Shown here: positions 35,876 through 48,222 of the stretch, piece by piece
Position numbering within the stretch: the first letter of the stretch is position 1
Layout of the letters: every line of letters begins with the position of its first letter
Assembly: GCA_973851085.1 (NCBI GenBank)
Contig: OZ316776.1
Location: 4,154,001-4,218,000 of the forward strand
Length of the DNA stretch: 64,000 nucleotides
Origin: Ptychomitrium polyphyllum
Taxonomy: Eukaryota
Reading direction: 5' to 3'
The notes under the pieces: generated by a model
The model's input: only the letters and a program-made list of their open reading frames with translations
The model's database searches: none
Told to the model about the DNA's origin: nothing
Translations under genes and position numbers: made by a program

Positions 35876-38800
35876 ATGACTACGACGGTGTCCATGTCCG
35901 ACTTAAACCGCGACTGGTCGTCCTCGCAACCCTACTCCCGGCCCCAAAGTGAAGTGTGTACGAACGAGAAGGTGCTTGTGGTATTGGACGGCTCCCGACA
36001 AATCACCAAGTATGCGCTCGAATGGGCTCTCAGTAATGTGTTAGTCAGGGCCGGAGAGTCCATCACTCTTATAGCACTTCACTCGCCGGGTAGCTATGGT
36101 ATGCATCCTGTACCACCTTTAAGGGATCAAATATCCCAGCGCAGGCTGTAAGGAATTTATAGTTCGTTCAGGAATGAATGGCACCAGGTTGTCGCGGACG
36201 TAGAGCCACCAGGGTTTTGGTGCTTCTCATAACGCCGGTTACTCTAGATGTGGTCAGCATTTTGGGAGGTGCAGTTTTATTTGTAGTGTGGAGTAGTGTA
36301 GAGTTTCGTTTTCTTTGTCCGTTCTTCCGAAAAAGCTAGGAAGAGCTTGTTAGTGTAGGCGTCATTGAGGTGTGTTGATATTTAAAGAATCTTGACTAGA
36401 GTTGTGGTGCTTCGCATGGCGCTGCTTCGTGTTTGGCTGGTGTGTATAGTTTTAACGGTTGGAACCGGATAGTCTTGGCTATACGAGGTGGTGAACATGA
36501 AATTCTCTAGTGTCGAGGTCATCTCTTACTTTTTGCAGAGCTCATCGAGTGTAGTGTAGGTTAGCGGTCCGTATGTTGTACATGTAACGGTTTCACCGTG
36601 GTTAGGCAAGAGACATCCTAATGTTTCCGTTGTCGGCTTTTCAACTGCATGAAGCTGCTGTTTATTGAGTTTTCTTTTTTCTGGGAGCTAAAGGGCATGC
36701 AGTGTGGCTTAATGTGGATTTCTAGGTAGAAAGTTTGAAGTAAATCGAGAAGCTTACAGAACAATACTTTTCTGTTTCTTTTATTGCAGGTCCTGTGCGA
36801 AGAATATGGGGGTTCCCCATGTCTCTGCAGATGTTGGGAAAGGATTGTGCATCACCTCGGATTCTGCGTGGTGTAATTGACAATTCGAGAGTCACTAAAG
36901 AGATAGATGAAGAGATATACGATGGTTGTATCGCCATGATTCAGCATTTTCAGTCGCTATGCGATCAGAAAAAGGTAAAACTTTTATTGCATTTTGCCTT
37001 GTTGTATCCGGTTTTGATACGAAATGTATCTTGTTCGCTCGCGGTTATTGTTAATGAGGTAAAAGTGTATTGGGATTATATGTTAAGCATGGGGTGTTAC
37101 CTATCCAGGAATGTTACTTTAATAGGAGAAGTGAGTACTGTTGTTTGATAGGTTCACCCATGTTGTATCTGCAGATTATTATTGACGTGAAGGTTCAAGA
37201 AGTGGAAGGTCGATTTACTCCAGCTACAGAGGCGAAGAAAATTGGTGCTACTTGGGTTGTCTTTGACAAGTAAGTGGCCTTCCAAGGTTCTACATGGAGT
37301 ATGAATGCTCCAAGTTCATAGGTCTAATTACATCAGTCATGTTGTTCATGTCTTTGTAGACATACACTTTTTCTTGCAAATTGCATGTAAACTCAATAAG
37401 GTCTTGCAAGTAGTAACACTGAAGTGCCCGAAATTAAGTTACCCCATGCTGTTCTTGTAGGCATTTGAAGAAGGAAGCGAAGGTGTGTATGGAACTTCTA
37501 CAGTGCAACATTGTCATTGTGAAACCCTCAGAGCCCAAGATACTGCGACTGAACCTGAAGCGAAACTCGCGGATATATGAACCTCCAGGCGTGCTGGCTG
37601 GCCACCGTTCAACACAAACAGTACAGGAACTTTTAAGGGGAGTTGAATCTCCGAGTGAGCTCGCTCACGTTGTTTCGATCTCTGCCATTGCCAGGAATGG
37701 GTATCCGCGAATGAAAGCAAGCACACCCACTAGTAGCCCCGAGGAGGTTATGACACCCTTCACCCCCTCCGATCCGGGCACCTCGTCGAAATCAAGTTCG
37801 GACACTTCACCATGCCAAGTTTCGGGTCCTCTTTCCAACAATGGCTCATCTGCAGAGCTTGGTGGTCGTGGGGCTATCTTAGAGGTTGCAGGAGTAGGAA
37901 TTCTTGAGAAGGGTGCTTCTTTCAGAGCATTTTTTCCTGATATCAATGATGGAATGATTGTGCCGGGTTTGTTGAGCCCGGATTCTTCGCCTAATAGCAT
38001 GTTGCGCAAATTTAAGCAAGGAAATACTAGAGCATCAGCTGACTACTCCAAACCACCCACAGGTGTGTAATATATTTATATTTTGTATTCTGTGTTTTAT
38101 TAAGTAGGAGAGTTTTACTAACTATTGTAGATATTACATGGTATCGTCTCATACTCCATGTCAGTAGTTCCTGTAATTTACATATCTCGTTGTGTGAACA
38201 GGTAGCAGAATTCTTTTACATTCTAGAGAGAGCACTCCACCAGTAAGGTCGGGATCCAGAAACGGTTCTAGAAATGGCTCCAGAGAAAACTCCCGGAAAG
38301 GGTCCCCTGTGAAACTATCAACGAAAGAATCTCCTGCAAAGTCGACTGGTAGCCGGCGGGAGTCATTTGAAAATCAAGGCTCCAACGTAAAAAGAGACCA
38401 CACACTTGGTCAGAGCCTTCGAGCTATTTTGCAGGAGAATGCAGGCCTAGACTGCGCCTCCTTTGATGGAGGATCACCTTCTGGGTATCATGGGGATCAG
38501 GAGCTTTGTGATACTTCTCCTCAGGCGAGATTGAAGCATGGGAAGGCTGATGCATTGATGAGGCAAAAGATGGCGATGATGTTGACCAAACATAATCTTC
38601 CAGGACCTCCTCCTTTGTGTTCCACATGTCAATATAAAGCTCCTATGTTTGGAAAACCTCCTCAAAGGTATAGCTATAGGGAGCTTGAGGTTGCAACTGG
38701 GGGCTTCTCTCGTGCAAACTTTCTAGCAGAGGGTGGCTATGGATCGGTTCACAGAGGTGTTCTCCCAGACGGACAGACTATAGCAGTGAAGCAGTATAAG

Positions 38801-40726
38801 TTGGCTAGTACCCAGGGTGACAAGGAGTTTTGTGCAGAGGTTGAAGTGTTGAGTTGTGCTCAGCATCGGAATGTGGTAATGCTTATTGGTTACAGCATCG
38901 AGGGGAAAAGACGCCTACTTGTCTATGAATTCATTTGCAATGGTTCTTTAGACGGCCATCTTTATGGTGAGTCTGCTATGTCAATCATCTTTTTGGAGGC
39001 TTTTCTGCTGTAAGCAATTTTTGGTTTTGGTAAGTTAGATTTGTAGTCAACAACTGCTGGATTTGTAGTCAATAATTGCTGCATAAAATTAATGTTTTTA
39101 TAACCGATGTTTGTTAGCTACAGGTACTTCTGGTGCTGGGGACCGCGAGAGATCCGTTTTGGAATGGAGTGCACGTCACAGAATAGCTGTTGGAGCAGCT
39201 CGTGGGCTTAGATATTTGCATGAGGAGTGTCGTGTTGGGTGTATAGTGCACAGGGACTTGCGTCCCAACAATATCCTTCTTACTCATGACTTCGAACCCA
39301 TGGTATGTATTGTAGCAGCTGTGGTTTCCAACCTGAAGTATATTGTTTTGATCTTGGTTTGGCAGATTTTTCTGGAGTGCTTATTTGAGAGGAGTTGTGT
39401 TTAATGTAACCAGGTTGGAGACTTCGGACTTGCAAGATGGCAACCAGATGGACATTGCGGTGTGGAGACTAGGGTTATTGGCACTTTTGGGTAGGCGATC
39501 ATCTTAAATTCATATGTTTCTTCTGTACTTGATCTCTGTTATTTGTTTCTCCATTTCAACCTGCAATCAGTTATAGTTTTTCTAAATTTATCAATTCCTT
39601 TGGTTGTTGTGACGTGGATTATAGGTACTTGGCTCCAGAATATACACAGCATGGGCAGATCACAGATAAGGCCGATGTCTATTCGTTTGGTGTTGTCCTG
39701 TTGGAGCTTATCACGGGTCGCAAAGCTATTGATATCAAGCGGTCTAAAGGAGAGCAATGTTTAACAGAATGGGTAAGTTTAGATTATTCTTTGTTTTCCG
39801 ACTGGATTGCTATCACATGCTTAAACTTTAAATTTTGGGTAGGTCTCGAAGTTAAGGTCTGTTTATGTGATAAAAGTTGTTCTGCATAGTTTTAGCAACT
39901 ACAGTTTACATCCATCTTAACATTGCTTGTGGTTGTGCAGGCACGACCCTTGCTGGAGGAGAGAGGCACGCTTCCGATTGATCCACGGCTTGAGAATCGC
40001 GTTTCAGACGTAGAATTGAATAGCATGTTGCATGCAGCATCATGCTGTATTCGCAGGGATCCATCGGTGCGACCACGTATGGCACAGGTCGGTTACTGCC
40101 TGTGTTACAATTTTTACGTATATTTGATGCGGCAAATGAGTTCTTTGGTTCTCCTATTAGAGTTCGTAGTCAGAAACTTAATCTGTTGTGCTATCTGTTT
40201 CTGTTATCATATGCTGATTTGCTAAACCTTGTCAAATCATTTTGAGATGGCCAAGCTTGTTTCTCACTACTGGTTGCTGTTTTGGCGTTTCTAGGTCTTG
40301 AAGATGCTTGAAGGGGAGATGATATTTGATGCAAACAGCTCACCAGCTGGAGGGTACTTTGCCGGAAGATTGAATAGTAATTACATGAACTACTATCCGA
40401 TGGCTAGATCTGCTGCTCGGGAAGAGGTGAAGTATCCTAATTTTGTCAGTCCTCAAAGTGTTATTCCCAATTCAACCTACTCCTCTCCCAACAGAAAGAA
40501 TGGGAACTTGCCATTTGGCTCCTTGATGGGGTCAATCTCGAAGACAAAGCAAAGCCCAGCTAAAGACTTAAACAGAAAGCAGCAGCCGATGGTGTCTTCC
40601 TACATTGAGCAGGATGGTCAAAAGCTGAGCTACGAAGCCTTAAAGGCTGCCTACATGGACAAGGTCTCTTCACATCATGTGACAGCTTCAGCGTATGAGA
40701 GCTACCAACTTGGAAAGGATTTTTAA
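35876..40726 (+). CDS. Receptor-like cytoplasmic Ser/Thr kinase with N-terminal USP (adenine-nucleotide alpha-hydrolase-like) domain
   Basis: 10 in-frame GT-AG exons: 35876-36098, 36790-36974, 37175-37269, 37461-38062, 38202-38966, 39124-39302, 39414-39490 ([26 protein letters not shown], missing from the ORF track), 39625-39772, 39941-40087, 40295-40726. USP-like motifs [24 protein letters not shown] and [48 protein letters not shown]; kinase motifs [28 protein letters not shown]. Probable 5'UTR intron 35212-35874. Confidence 0.92.
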
Positions 40727-42763
40727 CTATCGCATTTAACAGTTAAAAATAGTGCTCAACAAGAGGGTATTGAGAGCGAGTCTTGGAGATCATGCCAGCC
40801 CTTAGGGTACGAGTATGGCTCCCGGTTATTTTGTTAATATTTGCATGAGTGTGGAATACCTGGTGAACATTGTATATTTCTTTTGCAAACCAACCTCATG
40901 GCTGAATCTTCCATTAGAGAGAAATGATGCGGATTACCAATACAATACCCTGCCAATACTACGCCGGGTATATTAATATATACTGTAGTGATCTGGAACT
41001 TTCGTCAGTAATTGTTGAAGTCAGTGGGGCCATCAGCAGCTGGTTAGTGCTGTTCGCGAAGTATTTCCTGGTTTGCTACTTCGTGACAGCCCACAAGGTA
41101 AAGATAACTTTTACGTGCTCCTGTCTGATGTTTTGTGGAGTATGTCTTGGCAATCTTCGATTGTCTCAGCTTGTTTCATGATAAGCAGCTTTTTTAGGAA
41201 CCGTTTCTGTGAATCTCGTGGTGCAACTGTTCTAGGCATCAGGAGCACAACTGTACACTAGTGAGTGGAGGACAAGCTGAGTGTTACATTTCATTTTCAG
41301 AGGATAAAGGTATTATGTAAAAGAATCGTGTGGGGTTGCAAATGCCCGTTTGCAGGGCATTTGTCTCAGTTCCTACACAGCTTTTTATTTATATAGATAC
41401 TTTTTGAGGCTTGCCAAAGCTGGATCTAGAGGAGGCTTTCACACCTAATCTCATCGTTTCTTGGTGCACGGGAATGTCTTCTTATAGACATGTAAAGAGA
41501 TTCACTGATTTTGAACTGCATTGTCTATATGTTCTTTCTACAGATTTGCTACTTAGTTTCTTCAGTGTTTATGTGAACTTTTGTTTAGAGTGGTTTTAGT
41601 AGAGTTTTTTTTGGTTTAGTCAGCTTTCACATGTTCCAATTTCCCTGTGATTAGTATTTGACGTGAACCTGACGTTATTAACCATACAAGCCTTCCCTTT
41701 TGCCCCTATTCCCAGCAGTATAATTTACAACTGAATGTGGTTGCACTTGTCACAATTATACTTGTGAGAATGATTTTGATAATTTAGAGGAGAAACCAGC
41801 AGACTTAGTTATGCATTGTTTGGATATTTGTACTGAGATGTTAAAGTGTAACACATATTTCACTTCTATTGCATGTAATGACCACATATCATACAACTCG
41901 AGCCTTTTAAAATAGTGGATCACTATATCAATACAGTTTCTAGATGTTAGGCAAGATTACAAGCTGTGCGAAACGGAATTGTTCCATACTACTGTTACCC
42001 TAATCACAAACTAAAGGTGTCTGGAAAATGTCACAGGTGCTCTTCAAATTACGTCGGAGTCAAATGTCTAAAGAATCTGTACACTTTCGTTAAGAATGGA
42101 GAATAATTAGTTGGAGGTACCTTATCTCCACACCTAGAGGGACGTAGATGATCTGGATCCTGGGCCTGCAGGAGGAGCCATGCCCCATTAGAGGGAAGTG
42201 TGGAAGGCTAGTTGTGTGTGAACTTTAAAGGACAATCCATCAGTAACCCTACTGGTTACAAAGACATATACCATCAGATAACCTTTTGTAATCTGCACTT
42301 CACATCAAAGCAGACAGAGCAATGCAATAGTGCATCAAACATTCCTGGCACCTACTGAGGAAGGTTGAAGTCACTGAATGCAAGGAGCACATGAATTTTC
42401 CTACAAATTTGCCAGGCAAATGGTACAGTAAATTCTGATTGTACAGATTTGTGAAAGTCACATGGTCTGCTTTTACTACAGAAATAAAAACAGAAACTGC
42501 CACCATTTTCAGAATGCACGGGATTTCACAGTTAAGGGACAATTCCTGTTCACTTGACGGTGAGTGTGAAGAATTGGCTGACTTGTTTTAGTACAACAGT
42601 GGCCTGAAACTTTGGGTATTTGTCACATCTGATGGAGAATAAGAGATGATTTTTTCTCTGGTCTTGTGCATGCTGTAACCTGCCCCATTTGCATGTCCTG
42701 CTGTTTACCAGCAATGCAACACACAAACTGCAGTCAGAAGCAGGGCTTCTGTTTCCGTTGATT

Positions 42764-42764
42764 C

Positions 42765-42795
<31 letters not shown>

Positions 42796-42855
42796 ACATA
42801 AATAAATCAATAAATCAATAAGTAAGTATGTAAATAAGTAAATAAATAAATAAAT
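42764..42855. repeat. (AAAT)n microsatellite, degenerate
   Basis: aaataaataaataaat... at the start of an AT-rich block. Confidence 0.9.
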
Positions 42856-43553
42856 ATTACGTTTTTTATAACTTAATAAATCTTCTTTTCCAGTAATTTA
42901 AAAAGATTAAAATTTTCTTCTTTGTTATTCATAATTTTGTTTTTAATTTTGAACTAAATATCACCATGTTTTGAAAACCTATTTACCTTGCAAATAGTAT
43001 TTACATGACATAAATATTAATTTATAGTAATATGAAAAGAAATAAATGTGATATATTGGCTAGGTTTTAATAGAAATCCCTTATAATGAGCTATACAATA
43101 AAGAAGAAGGATACACAATACCTACCTATTAAATATAGAAGAGCGTATGAAATTAGTGGTGCAAATTATTAATTTGTGTATTTATGATAAATGACAAGAA
43201 TAATTTGATTCAATAAGAAACAAGAACTTAGTAGTAGGTGTTATTGCAATTCCTTAACTTTTGGACAAGATTTGCCTTATTATAAAATCATTAAATTTGT
43301 ATTAAAATATTTGTTAAATCTAGTTTTTATTTGAAGAAAAAATAAACTTGTTGCTTGATTTTTGTTTCATTTTTTTTTAATTATTAAAGATATTTGTGTT
43401 TATTTTTTAATAAAATTGAGTAGTTGTTCAATCACATGTTTAATCCATGTGAAAAAGGCTCTTGTCAATATGATATTTATTTCCTACCAAAAAAGAATCA
43501 TTTGCGCTTCTTTATCTCCTATCTTTTATTAAAGAATGAATAAGTGATATTTG

Positions 43554-43994
43554 TTGGAGATGATGTTTATTCTTTGAAAAGAAGAGACAAGTAAAGTTGT
43601 TATTTATTCTTTAGAAGAAAGAGACAGTTGGAGATGATGTTTATTCTTTAAAAGAAAGAGATAGTTGGAACTGATGTTTATTCTTTGGAAGAAAAAGACA
43701 GTTGGAGATGGTGTTTATTCTTTGGAAGAAAGAGACATTTGGAAATGATGTTTATTCTTTGGAAGAAAGAGACATTTGGAGATGATGTTTATTCTTTGGA
43801 AAGAAGAGACAAGTAGAATTGCTATTTATTCTTCAAAAAAAAAAGACAATTGGAAATGGTGTTTATTCTTTGGAAAGAAGAGACAGGTAAAGTTGTTGTT
43901 TATTCTTTAGAAAAAAGAGATAGTTAGAATTGATATTTATTTTTTAGAAGAAAGAGACAAGTAGAATTAATGTTTATTCTCTACAAAAAAGAAA
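43554..43994. repeat. Minisatellite, 12 x 37 bp (consensus TTGGAGATGATGTTTATTCTTTGGAAGAAAGAGACAG)
   Basis: Units start at 43554, 43591, 43628, 43665, 43702, 43739, 43776, 43813, 43850, 43887, 43924 and 43961, an exact 37-bp period with no unique spacers. Confidence 0.95.
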
Positions 43995-46900
43995 TTGTTG
44001 TTGAATTTCATGTTTTTCCCTTGTAAGAAAAAAAAAAAACTAATCCAATTTTTAAAGTATTGAATGAAATTCTATTATCCTTTTAAACATAATTTTTCTT
44101 ATTTTCTATCAATTTCAAAAATTGAACGTGTCATTTTAATTGATTTAAATCTTTAAATTTGTTGCTTGTATAAATCCCTTTATTCTTGCAAGCAATGAAT
44201 ACATTGAATGTAAAGCATAATTTTTTGAAGTAATACTTCTCAGTGAACTTTATATAACAGTGGTTTTTGAAAGGCTAAAACACAATAGGAATATTCTATA
44301 GTTTAAAGAAACATATATGATACATTCAATAATTTTAAAAATAAAATTATCCTTAATATTATCATGTTTTTTATATTGATATAATTTAAGTATTTTTTAG
44401 AGTTATGCTATGTTTGTAAATTTTTAATGAGATTTTCCTATGCATGAATTAAAGATATTATATCTTCAAACTCAAGCTATTTTTAAAATTTTCGATGGGC
44501 ACCTTGGTCATACTTATTTTCTAGACCTTATTAGGATTGATGAGTTCATCTACTAACAAAGGATGTTATAATTTTTTCACATTCTTTATCGTTTTTAGAG
44601 CTACCAATTATAAACACTATGGTTTTAAGTTCCAGAGAATATTCCTCTAAAAGGTGGATTGAATTGCAGTGAAGATAAGTACAACCTCAACCAAATGACT
44701 TATCAGCAAAAGCATCTATGACTCCTCAAACGCTAAAAATTTTACAATACTAATTATCTAAGTGTATAATATCGAAGAACACAATTGTTTTGAAAATTTT
44801 ACATGATGTCATTTTTTGTGATTGATCACTTGAGTTCCCGCTGCTGGGTGGCTGGGGTCTTCACGCACCATAGATATCCCACTTCAATGGTCTCATCCTA
44901 AATGATGCTTCATCCCATGATAGCATTCATGAATTTAGACAAAGCAACTGCAACATAAATTGGAACACTGAGAACATATCCCTGAAAGTGACACACATGA
45001 CTGGTCACTGCGATTGAATGCATAAGTAGACTCTGACTGGAATATTATGGAACAGCTATTTGAGAAGTGGGTATTGAAATCATGGTCATTTCTGTTCACT
45101 AAAGCAACCACATGCAGTGAGAAGTGCTTCGAGCAGCCATTAGTGAAGGATATTATAAGTGGACCCTAGATGCTGGCACTTCATTCCTCCTTGAGCTTGC
45201 TTTGCAAATGATGCAGTCCTGCAGGGGTCCATGTGAGTTGGTTTGAGTTCTTTCTAAGGCTGTGTTGTTTGCAGTAACCCAGTCAAGCGCTTGAGAAGAT
45301 TGAGCGATTAGCCTGCCTGACACTTGTGATTGGCCTGATATGGTAGTACGGTAGCAACAATACTCTAAGTTACTGTAACAGAGCTGAAATCCAGTACGCT
45401 CTGCAGGCTACAGAATTAATCAACTCCTGAGATAATATAACTAACTTGGGGTTCTAATAGAGTGGATAGTGCATTTCCAGTGGACTCTAGAATTACTCTG
45501 GTTTTTTTGAAGGAGACAGAAAGGAGATTGTGCCTAGCAGCCAAAACCTTTTGAGCCAAACCTGATTAGCAAGGCGGCTGGAGTTTATTTTTTTAAATAA
45601 TGTTTTTTGAGAAAATAAAATGATACTAGGATCATAGTATGACAATCCATGAAGGCAATTAGGCAAACCATTATTGGAGTAGAAAAATTGTGGTAATTAG
45701 AAAAGGTAATAATAATAGTGAAATTTGGCTGGTGCCAAAGTTCCTGTAGAGTGTAAGCTCTGTCTGCACATGTCCAACAGGAAGAAAATTCTTGCCTTAG
45801 GAACATCACCCTCACCAACAAACTCTTTTGTGCCCAAATCTTGTGAATGCAAATCATCACATACAGTAAACTATCATAGCCACTCCATAGGAAAATCATT
45901 TGATGCCGGTTGCATTCATTACCTTCATCAAGATCAGCAACATAATATGCACTCTTGTAACCAACTTACTCATGACTTAGCCTAGAAAACACTGAGAATC
46001 ACCTTGGAAATTGCACTTGTTATTAGTTACCACTTGTTCTCTCCCTTCTATGCTGTGATTCACCCATGCTAAGTTTCCCTCATTCTGGTCAACATTCATC
46101 CTTATTTTTGAAGTGGGAAATGAATGATAGTGAGGGTTTGTGACATAAACTTAGTTTGGTGACTTGGCACATGAACTATCCTAGTCTCTACTAGAACAAA
46201 ATTTTGACAATGGAGTGATACCTTTGAATGACAAAATGATTCCTTTGGAAAAAAGGTGTTTGCAAGGGTCACTGCTGAAAGTTCCACTGATTTGAATCTA
46301 AGTTCATGCTGATGGGATTTTTAATTCTGATTTATTTAACAGTGAACAACTCGATCTTGGCCACATGACCAAACTCACAACTTCAGAATCCAGAGTTCCA
46401 CTCAGTTTTTTATTCCCTCAAGAGATTGGTGCCCCTTTGTTGTACATGCCCTTCATGTTACCAACCACAATTGTTGCCATGATGATTTGGAAAAAAAGCA
46501 ACTTGGTCTGTAGTAGGAGAATCTCTAGAGACAGTAAGCACCCAAGGTATACCACAAAGCTAAAGGTTGTTGAGAAGTTACCATACATTCTAAACTTTTG
46601 GAACTTTTATGTTCAATCTTGTGGGCCCCAGGAAAGGCTCAATTGCTCTAGCAACCAGATCAAAAAGCAAATTTAATCAAATTGCTCACCAACACCAACC
46701 AGCTAGGGTACATACCCACCAGACATATACGTACCTTACAAAGATTCTACTGTTAGAGAAGATTCAATGTATAAGTGTACTGTACTGAATTACAATTTGC
46801 GTCACTATAAGCATTTCAATGAAATTTGATACATGATTTCATTGATCCCCAAACACTTCTCAAGTAATTGATAAAGCAACCTGATTCAACATTCCTTTAA

Positions 46901-47635
46901 TTCACTTGATGATTATGTAAAGGATTGTGATAAATCTCTAAATATTTATTATGGTATCTACTTTAAAGCATTTTATATTCATACATCTAATAGTTTCCAT
47001 GTCTTTGTTTTAAAAAAGATCCTAATTATTCCTTATTCTTATCATCCTCATGTATTTTTGTAGGTTTATTAAAGGAATTGATGGGTACTTGTTTTTAAAG
47101 CAAAAATTAGTGGATTATCCTAGTTTTACTTCAAATTTGTATAATTTGATGACTCAATAGGTATTTTTTTAAAACCAAGATTAGACATTCCATTAGTAAA
47201 GGCTAACTTCTTGTCTTTGATATAATTATTGTTAGTGCAATCAACAAGAAGTTCAAAACTTTGAAGTAAAATATTTTACTTGCCCATATTTAAATTTTTC
47301 TTGTAATTAATTTATGAGATTTCTCATTTTTCTTTTAATGATGATATTTTGAAGTTTTAATTCCATGCAAACAAAAAATTAAGATACTTCAAAGATTTTA
47401 GTGCATGGTAGCAAGGTTGCATCCAACTTCACAACTCTACTTTATAAGTTATGATCTACAAAATTTGTTTCAACATACCTACAAAAAGAAACACTGATGT
47501 TGAATACACATTTTGAAATGTCAAATTTTGAAAGACCTTTAGTTGGTAAGGAATTAAAATAGTGCATGAATTATTCACTTATTAAAGAGCCTACAATCCA
47601 CCTTCTTACGCGATAACATCTATTAGTGTTAAGTT

Positions 47636-47760
47636 TATATATTTAATACATACATATATACATACATACACACACATATATATATATACATATACATATA
47701 CATATACATTATGTATATATTTATATATCTACATAAATAAATAAATAGATAAATATGTAT
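47636..47760. repeat. Compound (TA)/(CA)/(TACA)/(AAAT) microsatellite
   Basis: Directly visible low-complexity tract. Confidence 0.9.
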
Positions 47761-48201
47761 GAAAAAATCTTTGTTTAGATAAAATGCTTTTCGTAGAAGT
47801 ATTACATATAGACAAGTATCATCCATTATAGTGATTTTCGGCCTTGCAGTAAGGGGAGGTTAAGGGGAGGTGGTGTGTGGTGTGTGTTTGTCCAACCAAG
47901 CACAGTTCTTTCCTTTTTATGGTTTGGGATGTGTTACGATACATGCAGATTACACGATTGTATTTTGTGGCCGAGGCTGTGTCGTATGTGTATGGACCTG
48001 TGGAGAAGTGCACGGCGGTGTAGCAGCTGCCAGGATTAGGCTGAGGTGGTACAATGGTGATAGCCTTGCAGGCAGGGTACAGAGTACTATGGCCAATAGG
48101 ACCGTTACCAGTTAACGGTGTCTGCTGTCACAGCAATGCAGGAGGATCTCGAGAAGGATTGGCAGTCACTCAAAATGGCTGCGAGTTACTGCCCTGGGAG
48201 A

Positions 48202-48222
48202 TCTCTCTCTCTCTCTCTCTCT
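48202..48222. repeat. (CT)n microsatellite, possible leader/promoter pyrimidine tract
   Basis: tctctctctctctctctctct near the start of the GC-richer region upstream of the intronless kinase. Confidence 0.8.

Noticed and set aside
43554..43994. 37-bp periodic array as a CRISPR array
   Set aside because: Units are head-to-tail with no unique spacers, no cas genes are present, and the context is eukaryotic.
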